From: Minisyncoccota bacterium
GTDB lineage: Bacteria; Patescibacteriota; Minisyncoccia; Phycocordibacterales; UBA9973
Reading direction: 5' to 3'
DNA length: 51,785 bases
Assembly: GCA_031413715.1 (NCBI GenBank)
Contig: JANOFO010000001.1
Span: forward strand, 1 to 51,785
Part shown: in pieces, positions 19,413 through 29,060 of the stretch
Layout of the letters: each line of letters begins with the position of its first letter
Position numbering within the stretch: the first letter of the stretch is position 1
Program-made: the position numbers and the translations under genes
The notes under the pieces: generated by a model
The model's database searches: none
The model's input: the letters and a program-made list of their open reading frames with translations, nothing else
Told to the model about the DNA's origin: nothing

Positions 19413-19814
19413 ATGCTTAAAGAATTTAAACAATTTTTACTAAGAGGGAATGTAGTCGATCTAGCAGTCGGTGTGGTTGTAGGAGCAGCTTTTGGAACTA
19501 TTGTTTCTGCTCTCGTCACTGACTTACTCACTCCTTTAGTTGCCGCTATTGCAAAGATTCCTGATTTTGGAGGACTGTCATTTGCCATCAATGGCAGTAA
19601 GTTTATGTACGGACACTTTATAAATGCCCTCATATCTTTTCTTCTTGTTGCCAGCGCCGTATTCTTCTTTATCGTTAAACCTATGAATATACTGATTGCT
19701 CGATCAAAGAAAGAAGCTCCACTTGATCCATCTACTAAGAAATGTCCTGAATGCAGGAGTGAGATAGCTATTGATGCTAAGCGATGCGCGCACTGTACAT
19801 CGGTGTTTGCTTAA
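19413..19814 (+). CDS. mscL: Large-conductance mechanosensitive channel with C-terminal zinc ribbon
   Basis: EFKQFLLRGNVVDLAVGVVVGAAF; terminal CPEC...CAHC. Confidence 0.95.
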   Translation: MLKEFKQFLLRGNVVDLAVGVVVGAAFGTIVSALVTDLLTPLVAAIAKIPDFGGLSFAINGSKFMYGHFINALISFLLVASAVFFFIVKPMNILIARSKKEAPLDPSTKKCPECRSEIAIDAKRCAHCTSVFA

Positions 19815-19821
19815 ATTCTAA

Positions 19822-20454
19822 ATGATTTCTCGAATAATCATCCCCAAAAAAGTTCTCATTCTTCTTGCTCTGTGTGCCGGACTTGCGCTTATTCGCATTC
19901 CGCTCTTCGGCTCGACAAACCATCTCTATATTTTATGGAATTTATTTCTAGCATTTTTGCCATTCGCCGTGAGCGCAATCCTGCTTTTCTATAAAGAAAG
20001 AGAGAAGCTGGCAGAACCCCTTCTTATCGGCGGCGGCATCCTCTGGCTTCTTCTTATCCCGAATGCTCCATATGTCGTTACTGATCTTATCCATATCGCT
20101 CGAGGCAAGGCTGCGCTCTATGATACATTTTTCTTCTTCAGTGCGGCATGGGTGGGGCTTCTTTTAGGGATGCATTCTATCTCGCATATTGAAAAAATTC
20201 TTCGGATGAAATATAACGCAAAGATAGTTTCATTGATGATTGCTTTTATCACACTCTTGATCGGATTCGGAATCTATCTCGGGCGATTTATGCGCTGGAA
20301 CAGCTGGGATATATTGACCAATCCCTCTCCGCTCTTTGGCGATATATGGGAAGCGTTCTTATCACCAACGGACCATGTTCTCCTCTATGTAGGATTGTTT
20401 TCTATATTTACTTATCTTTCGTACCAAGCTTGGAAAATAGATCGCAAGAGCTAA
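19822..20454 (+). CDS. DUF1361-like membrane protein
   Basis: LWNLFLAFLP, WLLLIPNAPYVVTDLIH, GIYLGRFMRWNSWD. Confidence 0.85.
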   Translation: MISRIIIPKKVLILLALCAGLALIRIPLFGSTNHLYILWNLFLAFLPFAVSAILLFYKEREKLAEPLLIGGGILWLLLIPNAPYVVTDLIHIARGKAALYDTFFFFSAAWVGLLLGMHSISHIEKILRMKYNAKIVSLMIAFITLLIGFGIYLGRFMRWNSWDILTNPSPLFGDIWEAFLSPTDHVLLYVGLFSIFTYLSYQAWKIDRKS

Positions 20455-20553
20455 ACCTCCAAAGATTTTTTATTGACAAAGCTATTTTTGAGTGCTAGGA
20501 TATTTAGCATATTTACTGGTCTTTCCATTTTTAACTCATTAAAGCTCATATCT

Positions 20554-20661
20554 ATGGCTCAACCAAGAAGTTTTACACTGTACGAAGAAGAAAAGTTGGC
20601 TAAACTGACTTATGAAGAATTGCCTAAAAGCCTGCAGACTATCTACAATTCCTGGGCCTAA
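20554..20661 (+). CDS. Candidate 35-aa small protein
   Basis: MAQPRSFTLYEEEKLAKLTYEELPKSLQTIYNSWA downstream of TTGACA (20473), 17 nt, TG-extended TAGGAT (20496). Confidence 0.5.
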   Translation: MAQPRSFTLYEEEKLAKLTYEELPKSLQTIYNSWA

Positions 20662-20702
20662 GTCAACTAAAGTGTTGGTCAAGATTTTTGATGCTACTTT
20701 TT

Positions 20703-21620
20703 TTATGCAATAATAGCCCTTTTTGATTTCAAGAAGAAGTAGCCGATGATCACGAAGGTGACGACAGGGGAGACGAGTGCGGGAATATGTACTCCGAATC
20801 CATCGGCAACCATAATTGCGCCAAGCGCAAAGATGGAATACATCGCACCATTCTTGAGGAATATATATTTTTTAATACGATCAATGTTGCCGATAGTAAG
20901 CTTTCGTAGGACGAACGCACCGATGCCATTACCAACTAAGATGAGCGGGATAGAGAGAGTGAAGGCGAATGCGCCAAGAACGCCATCGATCGAGAATGTC
21001 GCATCGATGATTTCAAGGTAGAGGATCTTGGACATATCGGATAGTCCGCTTGTTCCTGCGACGAGTTCACGTTCCACCTTCTCGGCATTTTCTTTAAATC
21101 CGTGAGTGATGAAGAATGCAGTCGAGCCGATAACCGCTCCGAAGGCGAGCATCGGACTTATCTTGAGCGCGTACCAGACAATTGTCGCAAGTATGATAGA
21201 TACAGTAGCGAAGAACCAAACTCCATGGCGATGAAAGAATTTTTCACCCCTGAGGCCATAATTCTTCTTCTCGAGGAAGAGCCAATGAAAAAAAAGGAAC
21301 ACAAGGAAGACTCCGCCACCCATAAGAAGTATTGGCGCTGCAGATTCGATAGCTCGGCTTACTGCTGGATCATTAGAAAATGTTGCAGTAAGAGCGCCCA
21401 TTGGTCCGATGCCAGGCGTCGCTCCCCAGATAATCGCCCATGGCAGGAGTCCGCGAACTAAAAAGACAGCGATAAAGAAGCCCCATATCAGGAACCAGCG
21501 GCGGGCTTTTTTGCCCATCGTGCTTAGCACTTCAGCATTGATGACCGCGTTGTCGATACTCGAAACAATCTCAAAAAGACAAAGCCCGAGTACTGTTGCT
21601 ATCATTGTTCCCCATTCCAT
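20703..21620 (-). CDS. DUF475 / TerC-like membrane protein
   Basis: FEIVSSIDNAVINA, YLEIIDATFSIDGVLGAFAFT. Confidence 0.88.
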   Translation of the reverse strand: MEWGTMIATVLGLCLFEIVSSIDNAVINAEVLSTMGKKARRWFLIWGFFIAVFLVRGLLPWAIIWGATPGIGPMGALTATFSNDPAVSRAIESAAPILLMGGGVFLVFLFFHWLFLEKKNYGLRGEKFFHRHGVWFFATVSIILATIVWYALKISPMLAFGAVIGSTAFFITHGFKENAEKVERELVAGTSGLSDMSKILYLEIIDATFSIDGVLGAFAFTLSIPLILVGNGIGAFVLRKLTIGNIDRIKKYIFLKNGAMYSIFALGAIMVADGFGVHIPALVSPVVTFVIIGYFFLKSKRAIIA

Positions 21621-21693
21621 ACCGTACAGTATACATATTTTGCCATCATCTTGCCATTGTTTTAACCCATAGAATATATATACTATATATAGT

Positions 21694-23382
21694 ATGAATA
21701 CAGAGTCCCGAATATGTCAGAACTGTAATAACTCCTTTATAATCGAACAGGTTGATTTTGATCTATATAATAAAATTGGAGTCCCGCCAGCGGATAAATG
21801 TTTTCAATGTCGAATGCAGCACTTGTATGCTTTTCGCAATGAAAGGAGATTATATCGAAGAAACTGCGATTTATGCAGTAAAAGTATGGTCACAATTTAT
21901 TCTCCTAATAAGCCTTTTAAGGTATATTGCCCCTCGTGCTTTTGGAGTGATAATTGGGACGCTAAAGATTACGCACAGGAGTTCGATTTCGCTAAACCTT
22001 TTTTTGAACAGTTTCGCGAGTTGCAGTTAAAAGTACCTCGAATGGCGCTTTTGACTAAAAATAGCGTTAACTCAGAATACACTAATCACTCTGCGGACAA
22101 TAAAAATTGTTACCTATCTTTTGCCACATTTGTGTCTGAGAATGTTCTCTATTCCTCAGATATATGGAATCGCGGGCAAGACGTAATTGATTGCTCTATG
22201 ATAACGGATCAAGCCACTCTCTGTTATGAATGTGTAGATTGCGAAAAGATAAACAGTTGTCAGTATTGTTTCTTGGTCAAAGAATCAAGTGATTGTCTCT
22301 ATTCGTATGATCTTCGAAATTGCAGTGACTGTTTTTTATGCTTCAACCTGCGTAATCAGAAATATTGCATATTGAATCAGCAATATTCAAAAGAAGAATA
22401 TATAAAGAAAATTGAAAAGTATAATCTCGGAGAACGTGGTAATAGAAAGTCATTTTATGAAACATTTTTAGATATTATAAAAAATAAAGCAATACATAAA
22501 GAATCAATCGTAGAACGGTCTGTAAAAAGTACTGGTAACACATTATATAATTGTAAGAATGCATATTACTATTTTGATGCAGAGGATGTTGAAGATTCTC
22601 GCTACTCAGTACAAAGTCCTCATGTAAAAGATTCTATCGACAATTATCATGTTGGCCTGCCGGTTAGTCAGCTTATATATAGTTCGCACGGTATTGTTCG
22701 ATCTACAAATATTACCTGCTGCCATCTTTCATACGACAATACTTTTATGTCTTACTGTGATAGTTGCCACAATAGCAATAATCTTTTTGGTTGTATTTCA
22801 ATCAAGAAAGGTTCGTACTGTATTTTGAATAAGCAATACTCCAAGGAAGAATACGAGCCTCTCCGAGATAAGATGATAGAATATATGAAAACAACAGGGG
22901 AATGGGGTTCGTTTTTCCCAAAAAATATTGCTCCAGTTGCATACAACGAAACTCAAGCTCAGATACATATCCCGCTTTCAAAAAAAGAAGCGTTGTCAGC
23001 TGGTTTTACATGGCAAGATGATTTAAGTGGTACATATGGAAAGGAAACTCTTATCCAAATTCCAAATACTTCAGACGATTCTATCCTCAAAGAAGTTCTT
23101 AAGTGTTTAGAGTGTGCAAAGAATTACAATATAGTTCAAGCTGAGCTTGAGCTATATCAAAGAATGAATATCCCGATACCTGATCGTTGCCCTGATTGTA
23201 GATATGTAGAGAGAATATCTTTACGCCTGCCGTATCGACTCTGGCACAGGCCCTGTACATGCTCCCAAACCAGTCATTTTCACTCGAGGAATCCTTGTCC
23301 AAACGAATTTGAGACGAGTTATGCACCAGATCGGCCTGAGAAGGTCTACTGTGAGCAGTGCTACCAGGCAGAGGTGCTATAA
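21694..23382 (+). CDS. Cys-rich protein, paralogue 1 (terminal CxxC zinc-ribbon motifs)
   Basis: CQNC/CxxC N-terminus, duplicated YCILNxQYSKEEY block, C-terminal CPNEFETSY...YCEQCY. Confidence 0.85.
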   Translation: MNTESRICQNCNNSFIIEQVDFDLYNKIGVPPADKCFQCRMQHLYAFRNERRLYRRNCDLCSKSMVTIYSPNKPFKVYCPSCFWSDNWDAKDYAQEFDFAKPFFEQFRELQLKVPRMALLTKNSVNSEYTNHSADNKNCYLSFATFVSENVLYSSDIWNRGQDVIDCSMITDQATLCYECVDCEKINSCQYCFLVKESSDCLYSYDLRNCSDCFLCFNLRNQKYCILNQQYSKEEYIKKIEKYNLGERGNRKSFYETFLDIIKNKAIHKESIVERSVKSTGNTLYNCKNAYYYFDAEDVEDSRYSVQSPHVKDSIDNYHVGLPVSQLIYSSHGIVRSTNITCCHLSYDNTFMSYCDSCHNSNNLFGCISIKKGSYCILNKQYSKEEYEPLRDKMIEYMKTTGEWGSFFPKNIAPVAYNETQAQIHIPLSKKEALSAGFTWQDDLSGTYGKETLIQIPNTSDDSILKEVLKCLECAKNYNIVQAELELYQRMNIPIPDRCPDCRYVERISLRLPYRLWHRPCTCSQTSHFHSRNPCPNEFETSYAPDRPEKVYCEQCYQAEVL

Positions 23383-23385
23383 AAT

Positions 23386-23413
23386 AGTAGAAAGTAGTTA
23401 GTAGTAAGAAGAA
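23386..23413 (+). repeat. Degenerate heptamer tandem repeat x4
   Basis: AGTAGAA AGTAGTT AGTAGTA AGAAGAA. Confidence 0.6.
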
Positions 23414-23683
23414 AGGGGAAGAAAAACTCAGAAAAATTTCCTATTTTTTATCAGTTTTCTAAACTCAATTTTTATGTCAATTTTTATCCGAAAATAGCTT
23501 CCAGGGGAACGATTTTTTGGGATTTTTTCTTTTGGGTGTTGACGGATAGTCGAGCCTTTTACATAGTGCTAATTTCTGCTGTTATGCACTTGTTATGTTT
23601 TAAAAATTGGAGGATAATGTATTCCCAGATACAAGAGCAAGCTCCAAAACCATTATCAACGTGTCGTAAAAAATTAAAAAAGT

Positions 23684-26323
23684 ATGACGATTACTATCAC
23701 TAAAAGAGACGGAACAAAAGCATCATTCAATGCGGACCGGATTAATAAATCTATCGAGCGTGCATGCCGTGGCATGACCGATCCGATATCAAAAGTGATT
23801 CAGATCGCAACCGAAACACGTCTCACACTCTATGATGGTATTACAACAGAAGAGCTCGACCTCGCGACGATCAATGCAGCGCTTCAGAATACTCAATACG
23901 ACCTTGAATTTGATAAAATTGCCACTCGACTACTCCTAAAAGTCATATATAAGAAGGTTATGGGGGATTATGACCCTGATAATGAAGCAGCAGTAATTAC
24001 ACAAGAAGAGTTTGATAAGCTTCACGCAGCGCACTTCAAAGAATATATAAAAGATGCAGTTGATCGCAAGCTTCTTGATCCACGCATGTTCACTGCATTT
24101 GATCTTGATGTACTTTCAAGTGCGCTCAAAGTCGAAAATGATGAACTTTACAAATATTCCGGACTCTCAACAATGCTCAATCGTTATCTCATGAAAGATG
24201 AGAATCAATCTCCACTCGAGACCCCGCAATATTTCTGGATGAGAGTGGCGATGGGCATGTCACTCTCTGAAGCTGATCCAACAGCTTGGGCGCAAAAATT
24301 TTATGCGAAGATGTCTGCCCTCGAATATCTTTCTGCCGGTTCTTCTAATATCGGCGCTGGCACTCCTCATCCAAAACTTTCAAACTGCTTCCTTATGGAA
24401 ATTCACGACGACATGGAGCATATCGGCAAAACTGTTTCCGATGTTCTTCTTCTTTCTAAAGCAACTGGCGGAATTGGAATGTCTGTCACGAAACTTCGCG
24501 CAGAGGGATCACTACTCAAATCCAACAACACCGTATCGTCTGGACCAATTCCATTCATGCATATCATTGACTCTGCTGTTCGCGCAGTACAGCGTGGTGG
24601 CAAGAAGAAAGGCGCTCTATGTTTCTACATGGAGAACTGGCATTTAAACTTCCAGGACTTCCTTGATCTAAAGCAGAACAATGGTGACGACTATCGCCGT
24701 GCCCGTACTGCCAATACTGCTGTCTATATATCAGATGAGTTCATGAAGAGAGTGCTAGCCGGGGATGACTGGTATTTGTTTGATCCAAAAGAGGTTGCAG
24801 ACCTAAATGAGCTTTACGGCAAGGAATTCTCCAAGCGCTATAACGAATACGTACAAATGGCAAAAGCCGGCAAAATCAAGCTCTACAACGTCATTCCAGC
24901 TCGTCAGCAGTATAAGAACATCCTCGTATCTCTTCAGACTACTTCACACCCATGGCTTACTTGGAAGGATACTATAAATGTACGCGCGCTCAACAACAAC
25001 ACTGGTACTATCCACTGTTCAAATCTTTGTACTGAAGTTACACTTCCAACTGACCGCGACAATGTTGCTGTCTGTAACTTGATCTCAATCAATATTGCGC
25101 GCCATATTATAAACGGTCAGATTGATTGGCATCGTTTGGAAGAAAGTACTCGCCTGGCTATTCGTCAGCTCGATAACTTGGTAGATATCAATGAGCTTCC
25201 AATTCCCGAAGCTCGCCGTGCTGACTCTGAGAATCGCGCAGTAGGTTTGGGACTCATGGGATTTTCTGATGCGATCGAACAGCTTGGCTACTCGTACGAA
25301 GACAAAGAAGCTTTCGACTTCTCCGATCAAGTATTTGAATTCATCTCATACATGGCAATTGATGAAAGCGCTGACCTAGCCGAAGAGCGCGGTCCATACA
25401 AAAATTTCAAAGGTTCAGAGTGGGCCAAAGGTCATGTGCCGATAGATACAATGGATAAGCTCGAGCGCGAACGTGATCGAGAACTTCTAACCAAAAAAGA
25501 TTCTGCTAAAATTCTTCCTGCTCTTGATTGGGATCGCGTACGGGCAAAAGTAAAGAAAGGTATGCGCAATGCGACACTTCTTGCTATTGCTCCGAATGCA
25601 AACATCGGTCTTGTTGCTGGTACTAGCCCGGGTATTGATCCGCGCTTTGCGCAGATGTTCTCTCGCAATAAGATCTCTGGCAAGTACCTTGAAATCAATC
25701 CGAACCTCGTTGCTGCACTCCAGAGAGAAAAGATCTGGGAAAAAGTTCGCGAGCAGATTCTCGAGCACCATGGCAACATCGAAGAAATAGCCGAGATTCC
25801 AGATACGATCAAGCGTATTTACAAAACATCATTCTCAGTTTCTCCTTATGGATACATCGAAGTTGCTGCACGCGCGCAGAAATGGGTAGACATGGGAATC
25901 TCTCGAAACATGTATCTCGATATCCGTGATATTGATGAGATCATGAATATCTACACGAGCGCATGGGATAGGGGACTCAAGACTACGTATTATCTCCACA
26001 TGAAGCCTCGCCACTCGGCTGAGCAGTCCACAGTGCGTGTCAATAAATCCGAGGCGATGGGTCGCCGGGGATTTGCAGCACTCAAAGATAAATCGGCAAG
26101 CAAGCAAGCGGAAGAACAAACCGTCAAAGAAGAAGTTGCAACAACAAAAGAAGACGTCTTAAACCCTACAATGGTAAGCATGCTTTCGCCACTCAGCCCA
26201 TTGCCAAAAGGGGAGAGTCTCGCCGATGTAGCCCAGATTCCAACGAAAGAAGCCGAAGAAGCCTCACACATCTGCCTGCCAGAAGACCCAAATGATAAAT
26301 TTTTGTGTGAAAGTTGTCAGTAA
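23684..26323 (+). CDS. nrdA: Ribonucleotide reductase class I alpha subunit with ATP cone
   Basis: ITKRDG ATP cone, SNC, SNLCTE, IAPNA, KTTYY, terminal CESCQ. Confidence 0.96.
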   Translation: MTITITKRDGTKASFNADRINKSIERACRGMTDPISKVIQIATETRLTLYDGITTEELDLATINAALQNTQYDLEFDKIATRLLLKVIYKKVMGDYDPDNEAAVITQEEFDKLHAAHFKEYIKDAVDRKLLDPRMFTAFDLDVLSSALKVENDELYKYSGLSTMLNRYLMKDENQSPLETPQYFWMRVAMGMSLSEADPTAWAQKFYAKMSALEYLSAGSSNIGAGTPHPKLSNCFLMEIHDDMEHIGKTVSDVLLLSKATGGIGMSVTKLRAEGSLLKSNNTVSSGPIPFMHIIDSAVRAVQRGGKKKGALCFYMENWHLNFQDFLDLKQNNGDDYRRARTANTAVYISDEFMKRVLAGDDWYLFDPKEVADLNELYGKEFSKRYNEYVQMAKAGKIKLYNVIPARQQYKNILVSLQTTSHPWLTWKDTINVRALNNNTGTIHCSNLCTEVTLPTDRDNVAVCNLISINIARHIINGQIDWHRLEESTRLAIRQLDNLVDINELPIPEARRADSENRAVGLGLMGFSDAIEQLGYSYEDKEAFDFSDQVFEFISYMAIDESADLAEERGPYKNFKGSEWAKGHVPIDTMDKLERERDRELLTKKDSAKILPALDWDRVRAKVKKGMRNATLLAIAPNANIGLVAGTSPGIDPRFAQMFSRNKISGKYLEINPNLVAALQREKIWEKVREQILEHHGNIEEIAEIPDTIKRIYKTSFSVSPYGYIEVAARAQKWVDMGISRNMYLDIRDIDEIMNIYTSAWDRGLKTTYYLHMKPRHSAEQSTVRVNKSEAMGRRGFAALKDKSASKQAEEQTVKEEVATTKEDVLNPTMVSMLSPLSPLPKGESLADVAQIPTKEAEEASHICLPEDPNDKFLCESCQ

Positions 26324-26327
26324 AACG

Positions 26328-26433
26328 GGTTACAGGTAGTAGGTTTTAGGTTGTAGTAAAACAATTATAATTAATTTTTTTGGGTTTTGTTTATGGGTTT
26401 TTCTATAACCTATACGCTATAACCTATACCCTA
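26328..26433. repeat. Two mutually inverted heptamer arrays between nrdA and nrdB
   Basis: GGTTACA GGTAGTA GGTTTTA GGTTGTA (26328-26355) and CTATAAC CTATACG CTATAAC CTATACC (26403-26430). Confidence 0.7.
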
Positions 26434-26437
26434 GTTT

Positions 26438-27457
26438 ATGATTTTAGGAAAAGCATCGCCGGAGGACATGAATCTTCACCCCATGCATTATAAATGGGCT
26501 TATGAACTGTATAACCAATCAGTCCGCAACACTTGGTTCCCGCATGAGATCGCCCTTGGCGAAGACCTCGTAGACTGGAAAGCTATGACTGAGGATGAAC
26601 GCTACGCTGTCGAGTTCCTGATGGCATTTTTCAATCCAGCAGAACTTATCGTGAATAGATCGCTTGCCCTCGGAGTGTATCCTTATGTTAAGAGTCCAGA
26701 GTGTCATCTCTACTTGGCGAAGCAGATGTTTGAAGAAGCCAATCATTGTGTCGCATTTGAATATGTGCTTGAAACCTTCCCGCTCGATCGTGAAAAAGTG
26801 TATTCTGTCCACTTGAATCTTGAATCAATGAAGAGAAAAGAAGACTTCATCAAGAAATATCTTTTGCGTATGACTGAAGATACACTAGATATTGAGACCG
26901 AAGAAGGAAAGAAGGATTTCGTGCGTAATCTTGTCGCGACAAATATCGTCATGGAAGGTATCTGGTTCTATTCCGGATTCATGGTGGCTCTTTCATTCCG
27001 TCAGCGTAATCAGCTCAGGAACTTAGGGAGTATGATCAATTGGGTCATCCGTGATGAGAGCCTACATTTGAAGTTTGGTATCAATTTGATACACACAATT
27101 TTAGAAGAGAATCATGAGATTCTTACCGAATCTTTTGCGAATGAAATTCGCGACATCGTTATCGAGGGAGTCAGTCTAGAGGTTGATTACAACAAAGACA
27201 TGTTCCCGAAGGGAATCCTTGGACTAAATGCAGACTATGTGAATCAATATGTTCAATACGTGGCTGACCGCCGGCTCGAAGAGCTCGGACTCCCGGTGCA
27301 TTTCAATGTTACCAACCCAGCTAAATGGATGGCGACCTCGACAGACGTGTATGAACTCGTGAATTTCTTCGAAGCTCAGAATACTGCCTATGAAGTCGAT
27401 GCCCATGGCCATAGTAATGAAAAGAAGAAAGATGACAAAGTTAAGGAAGAGGAGTAA
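26438..27457 (+). CDS. nrdB: Ribonucleotide reductase beta subunit, class Ic-type signature
   Basis: FFNPAE, EEANHCVAF, MEGIWFYSGF, RDESLH, NFFE. Confidence 0.95.
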   Translation: MILGKASPEDMNLHPMHYKWAYELYNQSVRNTWFPHEIALGEDLVDWKAMTEDERYAVEFLMAFFNPAELIVNRSLALGVYPYVKSPECHLYLAKQMFEEANHCVAFEYVLETFPLDREKVYSVHLNLESMKRKEDFIKKYLLRMTEDTLDIETEEGKKDFVRNLVATNIVMEGIWFYSGFMVALSFRQRNQLRNLGSMINWVIRDESLHLKFGINLIHTILEENHEILTESFANEIRDIVIEGVSLEVDYNKDMFPKGILGLNADYVNQYVQYVADRRLEELGLPVHFNVTNPAKWMATSTDVYELVNFFEAQNTAYEVDAHGHSNEKKKDDKVKEEE

Positions 27458-27466
27458 AATAAATCT

Positions 27467-28033
27467 ATGAAATCCAAATTTATAATTTTTGTTGTTATTG
27501 CAGTATTATTTGTTATTGCCCTTGGAGTTTTTACTAATAAGAGCGGGACAACTGCTCCAAACAAGTATGATGATTTTGCTAAAGCTTTAACGACGCGAGG
27601 TGCTCAGTTTTATGGAGCTTTCTGGTGTCCACATTGTCAGGATCAAAAAGCACTGTTTGGCAGTGCTAAGCAATATTTGCCATACATCGAGTGTTCCAAG
27701 CCTGACCAGACACCGACACAAGTTTGTCTTGATAAAAAAATAGAAAGCTATCCGACATGGATGTTTGCAAATGGTATCAACATAAGTTCAGCTGGTAGTC
27801 CGACTGTTTGTACAGCAAAGCCTGGAGTTCCCGGGGAGGCATCCGTTTGTGCACAAATTTCTTCCCAATATTACAAAACATGGCTTTTCCCGGAATACAA
27901 GTTTTCTATCAAGAGCCCGACAGATCCAATCATGAAAGATGGTATCTGGCAATTTGAGTCAGGCGCTCAAATCCAAGGAGAGGCATCACTCGAATTTCTT
28001 GCAGCTCAGATAGGTTTTACACTTCCAGAATAA
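27467..28033 (+). CDS. Membrane-anchored thioredoxin-fold oxidoreductase
   Basis: N-terminal TM, FYGAFWCPHCQDQK, YIEC, cis-Pro YPTW. Confidence 0.85.
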   Translation: MKSKFIIFVVIAVLFVIALGVFTNKSGTTAPNKYDDFAKALTTRGAQFYGAFWCPHCQDQKALFGSAKQYLPYIECSKPDQTPTQVCLDKKIESYPTWMFANGINISSAGSPTVCTAKPGVPGEASVCAQISSQYYKTWLFPEYKFSIKSPTDPIMKDGIWQFESGAQIQGEASLEFLAAQIGFTLPE

Positions 28034-28034
28034 T

Positions 28035-28586
28035 ATGCCCGCGTACGTAGAAACATTAAACTATATCCTTGCTCTTGGGACTATTGGAACTCAAGTAGCT
28101 ATACTCCTAATCGTAATCAATCTTGTTTTTAATAGATCAGCGAATAATTCCGTACTTAACTTTTTTTATAAGTACGGTTTTTATTTTGCATTTTTTGTTT
28201 CACTTTCGTCACTCGCACTATCTCTGTTTTATTCTGAAGTTTTAGGATATGCTGCTTGTGAACTCTGTATCATCCAGCGATTCTTCATCTATCCGCAAGT
28301 ACTTCTTCTCGGCATAACACTCTTTAAGAAAAAGAAATTATTGATTACACTCAGTGCGGTACTCGCGTTCCTTGGAATGCTTGTCTCTATTTATCACGTA
28401 TACATAGAGAATGGAGGTTCGTCGGGCCTTGCCTGTGCGACTGGTGCTGTTGGGATTGTCACCTGCGCCGCCCGGTATGTTTACGAATTTGGCTACATCA
28501 CTATTCCGGTCATGGCGCTCTCTGCTCAGCTCTTTATTCTCGTTATCTGGAGTAATCATAAATACATATCTCGAAAACTTAGATAG
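28035..28586 (+). CDS. dsbB: DsbB/BdbC-family disulfide bond formation protein
   Basis: CELCIIQR, second Cys pair, GYITIPVMAL; multi-TM. Confidence 0.85.
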   Translation: MPAYVETLNYILALGTIGTQVAILLIVINLVFNRSANNSVLNFFYKYGFYFAFFVSLSSLALSLFYSEVLGYAACELCIIQRFFIYPQVLLLGITLFKKKKLLITLSAVLAFLGMLVSIYHVYIENGGSSGLACATGAVGIVTCAARYVYEFGYITIPVMALSAQLFILVIWSNHKYISRKLR

Positions 28587-28631
28587 CAGACCCTCCTTGT
28601 AAAAGACAAAATCAAGGCGTATCATAATAGT

Positions 28632-29060
28632 ATGCTAGTAGAGAAAATAGATCCAAAAGAAAAGCGCATAGTATTTGTCTACACAACCTGTCCTTCTTTG
28701 GACCAGGCTAGGTCTATGGGCCTTTCGGCTATTAATGAAAAACTTGCAGCCTGCGTGGATTACTGGTCTATCGGCTCTATCTACCCCTGGAACGGCGTTA
28801 TTCAAGACGTCGAGCAATATATGCTCATGCTCACAACCGAGAGAAATGTATCTGAGAAACTTGTAAAGTATATCGGCGGACTTCATCCTTATAGTACTCC
28901 TATGATTGCACGAATGGATACAGCATATATAAATCAAACATACAGTTTCTGGGTAGATAATATATTTAATACTAAAGGAGAATACATATCAGAACTCCAG
29001 GCGGAAGAAGAAGCAATCAGCGAAGCGGAAGACGGATACCACTTTGGCAAACTCAAATAG
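28632..29060 (+). CDS. cutA: Divalent-cation tolerance protein CutA
   Basis: VYTTCP, KLAAC, SIYPWNG, HPYSTP. Confidence 0.9.
   Translation: MLVEKIDPKEKRIVFVYTTCPSLDQARSMGLSAINEKLAACVDYWSIGSIYPWNGVIQDVEQYMLMLTTERNVSEKLVKYIGGLHPYSTPMIARMDTAYINQTYSFWVDNIFNTKGEYISELQAEEEAISEAEDGYHFGKLK

Noticed and set aside
19738-19814. Zinc-ribbon tail on MscL as a novelty
   Set aside because: This MscL variant is, to my knowledge, common in other bacteria.
23684-26323. Intein or intron in nrdA; NrdR boxes upstream
   Set aside because: The ORF is continuous with no intein motifs, and the extra length is a low-complexity C-terminal linker. No convincing NrdR box was found in 23420-23683.
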